Source: Hypanus sabinus (Eukaryota). Taken from it: 64,000 bases of DNA. Every line of letters begins with the position of its first letter. Position 1 is the first letter of the stretch. Under the pieces are notes generated by a model, which saw only the letters and a program-made list of their open reading frames with translations, was not told where the DNA came from and ran no database searches. The position numbers and the translations under genes are program-made. The stretch spans positions 14,942,001 to 15,006,000 of the forward strand of contig NC_082730.1 of assembly GCF_030144855.1 (NCBI RefSeq). Direction: 5' to 3'. Positions 55,801-64,000 of this stretch are shown here, in pieces.

Positions 55801-58800
55801 CAGCCTGACACATCCAAATCAACCAAAATGTTCATGTAGTTCAGCACATTGAATTTTATTTATTCCATACCCTCCTCTGCCAGGGATTCCCAACCTAGGA
55901 TCAAGTTGACTCGAGTGAAGTCAAGTTTATTGTCATATAACTGTAGAATGCATACCATCAAATGAGACAATGTTTCTCCAAACAAAGGTGTAACACACAT
56001 AGCACTTAGTAACATATGAAAGTAAGGATGAAATCTACAATTGGATTACACATAAATAAACAAAGGTGCATAAATTAAGTATTAAAAGGAACAGGACAGA
56101 TTAACCAGTGACACTGACTTCATGGACTCCTTAGTTGCACATGGCATAAAAAGTTTGAAAACCCGTGTTCTAAGCCTTTGTTGCTCATGTATCTGTCAAA
56201 ATGTCTTTCGAATGTTGTAAATGTATCCCCTTCTTTGGATTGCTATGGCAGATTGTTGCATACACCTGAGACCCTATGTGTATAACATTGCTTCTTAGGT
56301 ACTTACCCAACTAAACGGAAGCCTGCACCTGCTTGCTTTACCATACCCTCCCCTTGTAAAAAGACAGTGATCATTCACCTTATCGATGCCCCTCATGATT
56401 TTATATACCTCTAATAAATGTCCCGTCAATATTCTAAGCTCCAGGGCAAAAATCACTGTCAATCCAACCCTCCACTGTGACTCTAGCCCTCCATCTCAGG
56501 AATGTCCTCATGATTTTTCTGCTCCACACTTTCCAGTCTCATGATATCATTCCAGTAACCTGAAGACCACAACTGCACATGCTATTTGAAGAGTGGTCTC
56601 ACTAACAGCTTGTACAGACATAACATAACATAACAATCTTGTACAGAGTGCACAAACAAAATAAGTGTTCCAAATGGCTTCTTCATCATCCTGTCTACCT
56701 GTTTCATCACTTTCCGGAAACAATGTCCCTGGATGACTAGATCACTTTTTTGCAACATTCTCCGTAGCTTCCTCCTACTATTTACTGTACATGTCTTGAA
56801 CTGTTTCATCTTGCCAAAATGCAAAACCTCCAATTTGAAAAAGCCCACGGCAATCCACTAACTCTTCCCACCAAGCCAATATTATATTCAATTTGTTTGC
56901 TCAGCCTGAACATTTGGGTCGTTATCAAAGGCCTTGCTAAGTCTCAGATAGACAACATCCACTGCCCTTTCCTCATGAATCTGCTCAGTCTGTAATGAGC
57001 TCATGTGATTGTCAAACTGCTTGCCCTGGGGCATTCACTGCAGGACTTCTTCTGGGTCTGTTGAAGATGTTCCACAGTCCAGATGAGAAAAAATTTTGAC
57101 ATGATATTAGCAACAGTGCAACAATGAATGTGGAAACTGGTGTGGGATTTGGGGGAAGTTGACTTTTGTAGGAGAGCTGGTTTTAAGCAGATACAGTGTT
57201 TCCTTTATTAGATCCTTCAATGGTGAGTGCAGCGAGATCTGTAGATATTAACTCAGCTTCTCCCCATATGCTGATTGGTAAACACAAGTGTTCATACATA
57301 CATAATTATACTTTTTGGATTTTTTTAATAATTTATATTTTTTATTGATTTTAATGGCTTTCAGTGACTTGGTAAAGCACCCAATCTAACTGAAGACCCA
57401 ACTTCCATTGACATGCTTTCTTCCTCTCCCCTCCTATTGGGCAGATATTACTGAAGTCTGAAAGCATGTACTACAAACTTCAAGGACAGCTTCTTTCTCA
57501 CTGTTATAAAACTACCGGATGGTCTCCCATTATAATAAAATGGGCTTTTGATCTTCTAATCTACCTGGGCTTGCAACTTACAAGAACATCCTTTCTTTTT
57601 ATTTATTGAAAGATTTGGTCCAGAAAAGGCCATTCTGGCCCTTCAAGCCACACTGCCCCTTTAAAATCATGTTGACTATCCAAAATCAGATCTTGCCTTT
57701 GCATATTCAGGTAGAACCTGTCTCAGAGAATTGCTTCTGGTAATTTACCCACCACAGATCTTTTGCTCACTAGCCTGGAAAGGGATTAGTTCAGTAATCT
57801 GTTGATTCAGAATTTTGGAAACACACTGAGACATCACTGGGCAGTGATAACGATGACTCCAATCAAATAAAAATCGTTACTTGTTCTGAGGACATGATGA
57901 GGGACGATGCTGTTCTCTTTCCAGTCAATGTGGAATTCAATTACATCAATTGACATTGTGGTAGATTCCTTAGAACACATTATTTTTGCTTTCTTTATCA
58001 TTTGTTTTTTTCTGTTTTGCTTCGGATCTAGAGGAACAATGATTTTGTTCTCCTTTACAATTGTGTACAGGAAATGACATTAAGTAATCTTGAATCTGCT
58101 TGTGTAAATTTGATTTTAACCATCCATTTTCAGAAGAATTTCTCCCTCAGTTTCGAGTGATTTATGGGCAGATGATAAAGTAAGAGGAGTTGTGGGAAGA
58201 GCGATCAGAATCGATTGTCACTATGCACCAATGTACCGTTCACACACAAAGTATTTCTGCCGCATAAGGAGTCACCAGTGCACATCCTTAGTGAATACAA
58301 ATGGGCAAACTGAGCAGACTGGAAGAATGACAATCAGAGATAAGACATCCCAAGGAATATTTACTGTTACAATGGAGAATCTTGTCTTTCAAGATACAGG
58401 AGTTTACAGATGTGGAATTTCAACATCTGGCAAGACTCTGGTGATTGATGTGCAGCTACAAGTATATGACGGTAGGTTTCTCATTGATTACCTTTATGTC
58501 TCCAGTGAAATGTCTGATGCATATTTGTTCCAGTACGTGCCAGGGAAGCATGGATATCCTGAGGCTCCTCAGCAGTGCAGACGCTGTGGGGAGTGGGCAA
58601 GGGTCGGGGAACCCCACATGTTGTCTGTCCACTGACTGGCCAACAATTTCCACTGGAAGGCTCAGCACACTTTCCTGCCGTCTTATAGCACGTGGTCCAC
58701 ATCCCTCAAATCCCTCATTTTCATATCCTCGTCCAAAAGCTTCTTAAATATAGTTATGATATCCCTTTCTACCAGCTCATCTGACTGTGAGTTCCATGCA

Positions 58801-61800
58801 GTCAGCACCATCACTGTAAATATAACTCATCTTGCAAACATTCTTTAAACGTTCCACCTATTGCCTTCAAACTATGCTCACTATTATTTGATATTTCAAC
58901 CCAGGGAAAAGATTCTGACCAACTTCCCTACTGAGACTTCTGTAACTTTAAAAACCTCCATCAGGCCTCTCCTCAGCCTACTATACTGCAGCAAAAACAA
59001 TCCAAGTTGATCAAACTTCTCCCTGTAGTTTCAATCCGGGTAACATTTAGTCATTTATTTATTTATCTATCTATCTATTTATTTGTTTGTTTGTTTATTT
59101 GTTTGTTTGTTTATTTATTTCATTTATTCATTGATTAAGATAAAGCGTGGAATGGACATTTCAAGCCCATAGAGCTGTGCCACCCCGTAATCCCCCAAAC
59201 TTAACCCCAGCCTAAACCTCCGACAATCAGCAATGCCCAATTAACCTACCAACTTCTCGGTCGTTCGACTGTGGAAGGAAACTGGAGCACCTGAAAGAAA
59301 CCCACACAAACATAGGGAGAGCATAGAAACTCCTTACACACAGAAGCAGGAATTAGCTTGGGAAAGCCTTGTGCTAACCATTAGACTACAATGCCACCCT
59401 TGTGACATTCTGGTGACATCTTTACCATCACTCTTTACCCTCAACTCCACATCTTTTCTATCGCGTTGCAATCAGATTTACAAATTACTGTGTGTCGCAA
59501 AAGTGCCCTAACCAGCGTCTTTTGAATCTACAAAATGCCTTTTCAGCTTTAGTTTCCAGTATGGAAAATGAAGAAGGAGAATGTGCTGAATGCTTTCATT
59601 TACATTATATCCACGAGGGTGCACTTTCAGTGAGCAATGGACTAGAACCCCAAGAACTCTCCTCATATCAATTCAAAAGGGATCCAGACATTAAATTCCA
59701 GGTGATGTAAAACTCCCCAATGCACGAGCAGCATTTGACGCCTCAGGGCCTCTACTTGCAGGAGCTTAGAAGAATGAGCACGGAAAAGCTGCTGGTTGCG
59801 GAGAGGATGTTTCCTAAACTGTGGATCACTAGGACCAGAGGGCACAGACTCAGAAACAAAGAGAGATGAGGAGGAATTTATTTTGACAGAGACTGGCGAA
59901 TCTGTGGAATTCATTGCCACAGGCAGCTGTGGAGGCCAAATGGTTGGGTATATTTAAAGCAGAACTCGACAGTTTTCTAGGATAACCACCAATGCTGTCT
60001 TTGCGAGTCAGGCTGTTGGGTGGCATTTAAACTGTGTCCTTGCTGCTGAGAGAGATTGTAACTCTGATTTTCACGCAGATACATACTCAGTGACGTTACT
60101 GCTGTCCTCATCTGGAGACCTGCTGTGTTCAGGGATAATGGCAAACAAGGCAGTTCAGTCAGGTACAAGGATGTAGAGACACAGAGAGGTAGAGGAGCTG
60201 CTGAGATTCCAGATGTGTGTGTCTTGGTTGAGATACAGAACTGCTGAAATTTTTAGTGTGTTTGATTTTCGTATGTTTTTTGGTTGTTTTCCACAGAACC
60301 CGTGTCTGTTCCATTACTTCGATTTTCACCACTAACAAGAGGCTCAAGTTGTGGGAACTATGTGTCAGCGTTCTGTGAGCCTGTGCATGGATCCCTTCCC
60401 ATTCTGTACTCATGGTACGAAAAGACCCCATCTGGGGATTCAAAGATCTCTGATACCAATAAACTGGATCTACATTGTCAATCCTTAAAATACAATAACT
60501 ATCTGTATTATTGCAATGCCTCAAATGCGAATGGAACAAAGTCCAGTGAAATGATCAGAATGTCCACTTCCAACAATGTCAGGAACTGCAGATATGTGAT
60601 TGAAGTCAACAGAATGGGTAAGTAGTGCAGAGATTGATTCGTTTTGATGGTCAATGGAGTACAACTGAATGACTGATGTGTACTGGATATTGTATTATTG
60701 GAACACAATATCCAATACATATGGCTTAGATGGTAAGGGGCTCCTGCTGCTTCGATACGCACCTGTGCCTGGGACTCGCTGCCTTGATTTGACCCATACC
60801 TGTCCTTTACTTTCCGGCCTGAAGTTTAAATCAGTCAGACTATCTCTTCTTCCTCCCTCTCATTCTACCAACTGTTTTGGTCTGATGAAAGATGTTCTTG
60901 TTCTGGAAGGAAGCCAGCAAAGGATCAGCAGACTGATTTCTGGGATGTCATGAGTGACACAGAACAGAGAAGCGGTTGATTAGCTTTTCATTTGCTAGTG
61001 TTCAGCAGGCTGAAAGGTGATCTCAGAGAAACCTGCAATATTTTACCAGGCTGATACAAACGCAGTTAGGACACTTCCATTACCCAGGAATTCTGGATAG
61101 TCAAGAGAATCTCAGCTCCAAGAGGATCACAAACTTGTTCTTAGATTTGGAGTCTTGCATGCCTCAATAACCTGTAAATGTATGTTGGCTGGAGTGAGGG
61201 CTTTATGCATTGGCTCTTTGTAGGGTCACCCATGCCTAAATAGGTCAAAGTGCAGAGGCCAGACTCAGAGTGATCCACCACTCTTCCAGGTTCGGGGATT
61301 TAGCTCAGGACTAATAAACCTGTGTGTTAAAACAAAATGGTTATGGAAACAGGAATGTAGAATCCTTTTACTTCAGTGATTTATGGTATTGCTCCATCTC
61401 GATTCGGGATGTGCATGACTGTCAGCAGTGAAGACCAAGAGGAATCTACTGACATGTTGAGGGAAGCCCTGAACAACTCCAGAGATGGAAAACCTGCACT
61501 GTTTCCCTCAAGCCCAGTGGTGTAATGGGCAGTAAGTAAGTAAGCATGGAGGATCAGAAATTACCTGAATGGTGAGACACTTAAGAAAGGGAATTAGGAA
61601 ACATTTCTACTCCCAGAATGTGTTGAATCAGTATTCAAGAAAGATGGAGTTATTTTTCTCAGAGGTAGACCCATCAAGAGATATGAGAAACAAAAGACTT
61701 GCCTTTTAATTGAAAATGTCTCCTGCATTATCCTGTTGGACAAAAAGTGTACTTGAACCATTATCGCCCTGAATACTCAAGTACAGCTATGACCACATCT

Positions 61801-62498
61801 GCAGAGAGTGTTGGGGACCTAGAAGGAGATTTCCGGATGCTGGCTGAGGCCATCTCCCTGGCTGGACCCTTCCCTAATTAGACAGAATTAGAGACTCCTC
61901 ATTCCAAGACCTTTAACTTCTCCAGATGCATCTCCACAACATCAGTTTCTGAGTATGGGGAAGAATCTAAGGCGTCTGTAAATGTAATTGGGTGCACAGT
62001 AGAACAGCAACTAGTGATCAGTGATCAGGGCCCAATTCCAGCCACTGTCTGCAAGTTGTTTGTAAGTTCTCCCAGTGACTGCAGGTGTTTTCTTCGGGTG
62101 CCGTGATTTCCTTCAGCATTACAGAGACACACAGGTTAGCTTTGGTAAGTCATAGGCAAGCTGTTCTGGCACTGGAAGCATGGAACAATTGCAGACTGCC
62201 CCCAGCACTTATTTTGTGATGGTCATTGTAAATGATGAATTTCACTGATTGTTCTGATGTACATATAACGAAAAAAGGTTATCTTTAATATTTTATTGTG
62301 CAGTAAGTATTGATCACTTTTGGTCCACCATGCTCAGGTACCTATTGGTCTAACAATTGTGCTCTTTTGTTCCTCTAAATACAAAACAGACAAAATTGAA
62401 TTTTATTTTCTTTTAGCAGGGAGAATTCATTTCTGTGAAAACACTGTGACAGAATCGATGACAACTGCACAAAGAGAAAAAACTACTTCACCTGAAAT
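1152..62498 (+). CDS. Predicted spliced multi-module Ig-superfamily receptor, [stalk-V-C2]x9 plus stalk, MDIR/CD300/pIgR-like; open at both ends
   Basis: 28 exons with AG/GT boundaries and mutually compatible phases (1-2, 2-1, 1-1), 738 nt per module. Junction codons are AT|A (Ile), G|AA (Glu) and G|GG (Gly). One in-frame TAA lies at 20347-20349. Joining across units is inferred, not shown by transcripts. Confidence 0.6.
1620..1850 (-). mobile_element. LINE 3' end with (CTTGA)n-type tail, reverse orientation; in every unit
   Basis: CAAGTTGAGTCAAGTGAAGTCAAGTTTATTGTCAT (clearest in units 4 and 5) is the reverse complement of ATGACAATAAACTTGAC..., a typical fish LINE tail. The family (Rex1/Babar or L2) is uncertain. 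Confidence 0.5.
1890..2700 (-). mobile_element. Decayed CR1 LINE ORF2 (RT C-terminal part, internally deleted); in every unit
   Basis: Minus-strand peptides KLEVLHFGK...DRMMKKPFGTL...VMLWLHKLLVRP...WSSGYWKDIMRLESV and GHLLEVYKIMRGIDEVN match the CR1 ORF2 motifs KCEVLHFG, MLQLYKTLVRP and GDLIEVYKIMRGID. An RAVDVVY-like motif lies at ~2660-2690. Confidence 0.9.
3090..3330 (+). mobile_element. Rex1/Babar-type LINE 3' fragment (deleted in unit 7)
   Basis: CTCCCCTCCTATTGGGCAGATATTACTGAAGTCTGAAAGCATGTACTACAAACTTCAAGGACAGCTTCTTTCTCACTGTTAT resembles the recalled Rex/Babar ORF end (LPSGRRY...RLKDSFFP). Confidence 0.6.
3560..3812 (+). mobile_element. LINE 3' UTR/tail ending in ATCTTGAATCT (deleted in unit 7)
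   Basis: ...TTGTGTACAGGAAATGACATTAAGTAATCTTGAATCT is a typical LINE terminus with a (CTTGAA)-type tail. Confidence 0.5.
3851..4188 (+). CDS. Ig V-type exon, CD300/pIgR/TREM (MDIR-like) family, unit 1
   Basis: Acceptor ccattttcag|A and donor GACG|gtaggt. Peptide ...LWADDKVRGVVGRAIRIDCHY...TKYFC...QC...GRMTIRD...FTVTMENLVFQDTGVYRCG...VQLQVYD has the B- and F-strand Cys, the DTGxYxC motif and the extra C-C' Cys pair typical of CD300/pIgR V domains. Confidence 0.92.
4400..4755 (-). mobile_element. CR1 LINE 3' fragment; in every complete unit
   Basis: AAAAGATTCTGACC...AACTTTATAAACCTCCATCAGGCCTCTCCTCAGCC...AATCCAAGTTTATCAAACTTCTCC is the reverse of the CR1 segment encoding RLGL...RRLRGDLIEVYK. 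Confidence 0.7.
4771..4890. repeat. Compound microsatellite (TATT)n(TATC)n/(TTTG)n; one per complete unit
   Basis: Directly visible at ~4771, 11790, 18770, 25790, 32780, 39795, 46010, 52035 and 59050. Confidence 0.95.
4930..5160 (-). mobile_element. tRNA-derived V-SINE (HE1-like), reverse orientation (deleted in unit 7)
   Basis: CCAATTAACCTAC...GTGGAAGGAAACTGGAG(C/A)ACCTGAAAGAAACCCAC...GGGAGAGCATAGAAACTCC. The 5' head GGTGGCATTGTAGTCTAATGGTTAGCAC (revcomp of ~5127-5154) is A-box-like. Confidence 0.8.
5480..5740 (+). mobile_element. CR1 LINE ORF2 3' fragment (deleted in unit 7)
   Basis: The unit 2 copy translates MRRKLLSQRQVYLWNSLPQAAVEAKVLGIFEAEINKF, matching the CR1 terminus MRRNFFSQRVVNLWNSLP...EAKSLGIFKAEIDRF. 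Confidence 0.85.
6053..6373 (+). CDS. Ig C2-like exon, unit 1
   Basis: Acceptor gttttccacag|AA and donor ATGG|gtaagt. Peptide EPVSVPLL...AFCEPVHGSLPIQYSWY...LYYCNVSN...SEMIRM carries the GSLPIxYxWY and YYCxxSN motifs of FcR-like/C2-set domains. Phase 1-1, 321 nt. Confidence 0.9.
6630..6850 (+). mobile_element. CR1 LINE ORF2 fragment; in every complete unit
   Basis: MKDVLVLEGSQQRISRLISGM matches CR1 KDVLALEGVQRRFTRLIPGM, followed by GGTGATCTCAGAGAAAC (GDLIET). Confidence 0.8.
8175..8253 (+). CDS. Stalk exon, unit 2 (GKIHLCENTVTESMTTAQRAKTTSPA)
   Basis: Same boundaries and 79-nt length as unit 1. Confidence 0.7.
10869..11206 (+). CDS. Ig V-type exon, unit 2
   Basis: Same boundaries, 338 nt, open frame (FCRIRS; ISTSEK). 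Confidence 0.92.
13040..13360 (+). CDS. Ig C2-like exon, unit 2
   Basis: 321 nt, open frame (SVFC; LKDNN; NGIK). Confidence 0.9.
15159..15237 (+). CDS. Stalk exon, unit 3
   Basis: acag|GG ... AT|gtaaag; 79 nt, open frame. Confidence 0.7.
17847..18184 (+). CDS. Ig V-type exon, unit 3
   Basis: 338 nt, open frame (FCHIRS; IATSGK). Confidence 0.92.
20042..20362 (+). pseudogene. Ig C2-like exon, unit 3, with a nonsense codon (GAA>TAA at 20347-20349)
   Basis: Splice sites and length are intact, but it reads GTG ATT TAA GTC where the other copies read GTG ATT GAA GTC. Confidence 0.85.
22164..22242 (+). CDS. Stalk exon, unit 4
   Basis: acag|GG ... AT|gtaaag; 79 nt, open frame. Confidence 0.7.
24866..25203 (+). 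CDS. Ig V-type exon, unit 4
   Basis: 338 nt, open frame (FCRIRS; IATSGK). Confidence 0.92.
27029..27349 (+). CDS. Ig C2-like exon, unit 4
   Basis: 321 nt, open frame (DTFKL; LKDNN; NANGT). Confidence 0.9.
29170..29248 (+). CDS. Stalk exon, unit 5 (GKINFC...TAPREK)
   Basis: acag|GG ... AT|gtaaag; 79 nt, open frame. Confidence 0.7.
31859..32196 (+). CDS. Ig V-type exon, unit 5
   Basis: 338 nt, open frame (SSSVSGDLWAED; APIY; FCRMQS; TLVFD). Confidence 0.92.
34053..34373 (+). CDS. Ig C2-like exon, unit 5
   Basis: 321 nt; same peptide as unit 1. Confidence 0.9.
36175..36253 (+). CDS. Stalk exon, unit 6
   Basis: Same peptide as unit 2; 79 nt. Confidence 0.7.
38877..39214 (+). CDS. Ig V-type exon, unit 6
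   Basis: 338 nt, open frame (FCRIRS; ISTSGK). Confidence 0.92.
41024..41344 (+). CDS. Ig C2-like exon, unit 6
   Basis: 321 nt, open frame (PILYSW; CNASNAN). Confidence 0.9.
43147..43225 (+). CDS. Stalk exon, unit 7 (TAGCAG tandem acceptor)
   Basis: ttttagcag|GG ... AT|gtaaag; 79 nt, or 82 nt from the proximal AG. Confidence 0.7.
45091..45428 (+). CDS. Ig V-type exon, unit 7
   Basis: 338 nt, open frame (YRSFTK; DAGVYRC; TLVFD; QVSD). Confidence 0.92.
46290..46610 (+). CDS. Ig C2-like exon, unit 7
   Basis: 321 nt, open frame (SVFC; DTFKL; LKDNN). Confidence 0.9.
48427..48505 (+). CDS. Stalk exon, unit 8
   Basis: Same peptide as unit 5; 79 nt. Confidence 0.7.
51116..51453 (+). CDS. Ig V-type exon, unit 8
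   Basis: 338 nt; same peptide as unit 5. Confidence 0.92.
53310..53630 (+). CDS. Ig C2-like exon, unit 8
   Basis: 321 nt; same peptide as units 1 and 5. Confidence 0.9.
55432..55510 (+). CDS. Stalk exon, unit 9
   Basis: Same peptide as units 2 and 6; 79 nt. Confidence 0.7.
58134..58471 (+). CDS. Ig V-type exon, unit 9
   Basis: 338 nt; same peptide as unit 6. Confidence 0.92.
60297..60617 (+). CDS. Ig C2-like exon, unit 9
   Basis: 321 nt, open frame (PILYSW; LKYNN; CNASNAN). Confidence 0.9.
62420..62498 (+). CDS. Stalk exon, unit 10 (TAGCAG tandem acceptor)
   Basis: Same peptide as unit 7; 79 nt. Confidence 0.7.
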
Positions 62499-64000
62499 GT
62501 AAAGTATAAGTTCCTCTCTACAGGTGGTTTCAATGTTACTGCTTGAAAATAGAGCCAGTTGGGAGAAAAATATGTTTCTCTTTAACTGGTGTTAAACATA
62601 TTTGACAGGATTAACATTGATGAAATGATGTATTGGAAACTGCGTATTCCTGATTTTCTTGCATATGCATCAATCCTGAGATCAAAGATAAATTTCTTTT
62701 TCCTAATATTTAAAAATTTAAATAACACAGTTGAAGCTCCTGTTTTTATTCATAAAGTGCTTGTTGTGTGTTAGAACAACTGGCCCATCAGCCTGACACA
62801 TCCAAATCAACCAAGATGTTCAAGTAGTTCAGCACATTTAATTTTATTTATTCCATACCCTCCTCTGCCAAGGATTCCCAACCTAGGATCAAGTTGAATC
62901 GAGTGAAGACAAGCTTATGGTCATATAACTGTAGAATGCATACCATCAAATGAGACAATGTTTCTCCAAACAAAGGTGTAACACACATAGCACTTAGTAA
63001 CATATGAAAGTAAGGATGAAATCTACAATTGGATTACACATAAATAAACAAACAAAGGTGCATAAATTAAGTATTAAAAGGAACAGGACAGATTAACCAG
63101 TGACACTGACTTCATGGACTCCTTAGTTGCACATGGCATAAAAAGTTTGAAAACCCGTGTTCTAAGCCTTTGTTGCTCATGTATCTGTCAAAATGTCTTT
63201 CGAATGTTGTAAATGTATCCCCTTCTATGGATTGTTGTGGCAGATTGTTGCATACACCTGAGACCCTATGTGTATAACATTGCTTCTTAGGTATTTTTCC
63301 CAACTAAACAGAAGCCTGCACCTGCTTGCTTTTCCGTACCCACCCTTTGTAAAAAGACAGTGATCATTCACCTCATCAATGCCCCTCATGATTTTATATA
63401 CCTCTAATAAATGTCCCGTCAATATTCTAAGCTCCAGGGCAAAAATCACTGTCAATCCAACCCTCCATTGTGACTCTAGCACTCCATCTCAGGAATGTCC
63501 TCATGATTTTTCTGCTCCACACTTTCCAGTCTCATGATATCTTTCCAGTAACCTGAAGACCACAACTGCACATGCAATTTGAAAAGTGGTCTCACTAACA
63601 GCTTGTGCAGCCATAACATAACATAATAATCTTGTACAGAGTGCACAAACAAAATAAGTGTTCCAAATGGCTTCTTCATCATCCTGTCTACCTGTTTCAT
63701 CACTTTCCGGAAACAATGTCCCTGGATGACTAGATCACTTTTTTGCAACATTCTCCGTAGCTTCCTCCTACTATTTACTGTACATGTCTTGAACTGTTTT
63801 AAATTGCCAAAATGCAAAACCTCCAATTTGAAAAACCTCACGGTAATCCACTAACTCATCCCACCAAGCCAATGTTATATTCAATTTGTTTGCTCAGCCT
63901 GAACATTTGGGTCGTTATCAAAGGCCTTGCTAAGTCTCAGATAGACAACATCCACTGCCCTGTCCAGATGAATAGTAATGAGCTCAGTCTGTAATGAGCT

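Larger units (their letters stand above)
1..64000. repeat. Tandem array of ~7.0 kb units (9 complete plus a partial 10th)
   Basis: The marker CAGACTCAGAGTGATCCACCACTC, or a 1-nt variant, recurs at ~1, 7016, 14001, 21005, 27992, 35016, 41986, 47252, 54273 and 61260. The same ORF set recurs with a 6970-7024 bp period, except unit 7 (5266 bp). Confidence 0.98.
27600..64000. repeat. Higher-order ~19.26 kb tandem duplication (27.6-46.85 kb repeated from 46.85 kb to the window end)
   Basis: ORF offsets are 29070>48327, 31917>51174 and 38935>58192 (19257 each) and 43047>62320 (19273). Unit-specific variants are shared in order. Confidence 0.9.

Noticed and set aside
1-64000. CRISPR array, operon or prokaryotic system suggested by the many GTG/TTG-start ORFs
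   Set aside because: The sequence is eukaryotic, with spliceosomal exons, SINEs and LINEs. No short repeat-spacer pattern exists, and most listed ORFs are antisense or TE-derived noise.

Overview
This is vertebrate genomic DNA, most likely from a cartilaginous fish (inferred from HE1-like V-SINEs, CR1 LINE relics and the receptor type). The whole window is a head-to-tail tandem array of a ~7.0 kb unit: nine complete units and a partial tenth, starting at about 1, 7016, 14001, 21005, 27992, 35016, 41986, 47252, 54273 and 61260. Unit 7 is only ~5.27 kb. Each unit carries three + strand exons among decayed retroelements: a 79-nt Ser/Thr-rich stalk exon (phase 1 to 2), a 338-nt CD300/pIgR/TREM-type Ig V exon (phase 2 to 1) and a 321-nt Ig C2-like exon (phase 1 to 1). 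These sum to 738 nt (246 codons), and the splice phases close on themselves from one unit to the next. I found no intact leader, transmembrane or cytoplasmic exon in any unit. The array therefore reads best as the interior of one giant, or alternatively spliced, MDIR/CD300-like Ig-superfamily gene with at least 9 [V-C2-stalk] modules, not as a cluster of complete genes. One C2 copy (unit 3) has a nonsense codon. The units are mosaics of each other, and a ~19.26 kb three-unit block is recently duplicated. All alignments were done by eye, and no transcript evidence is available.
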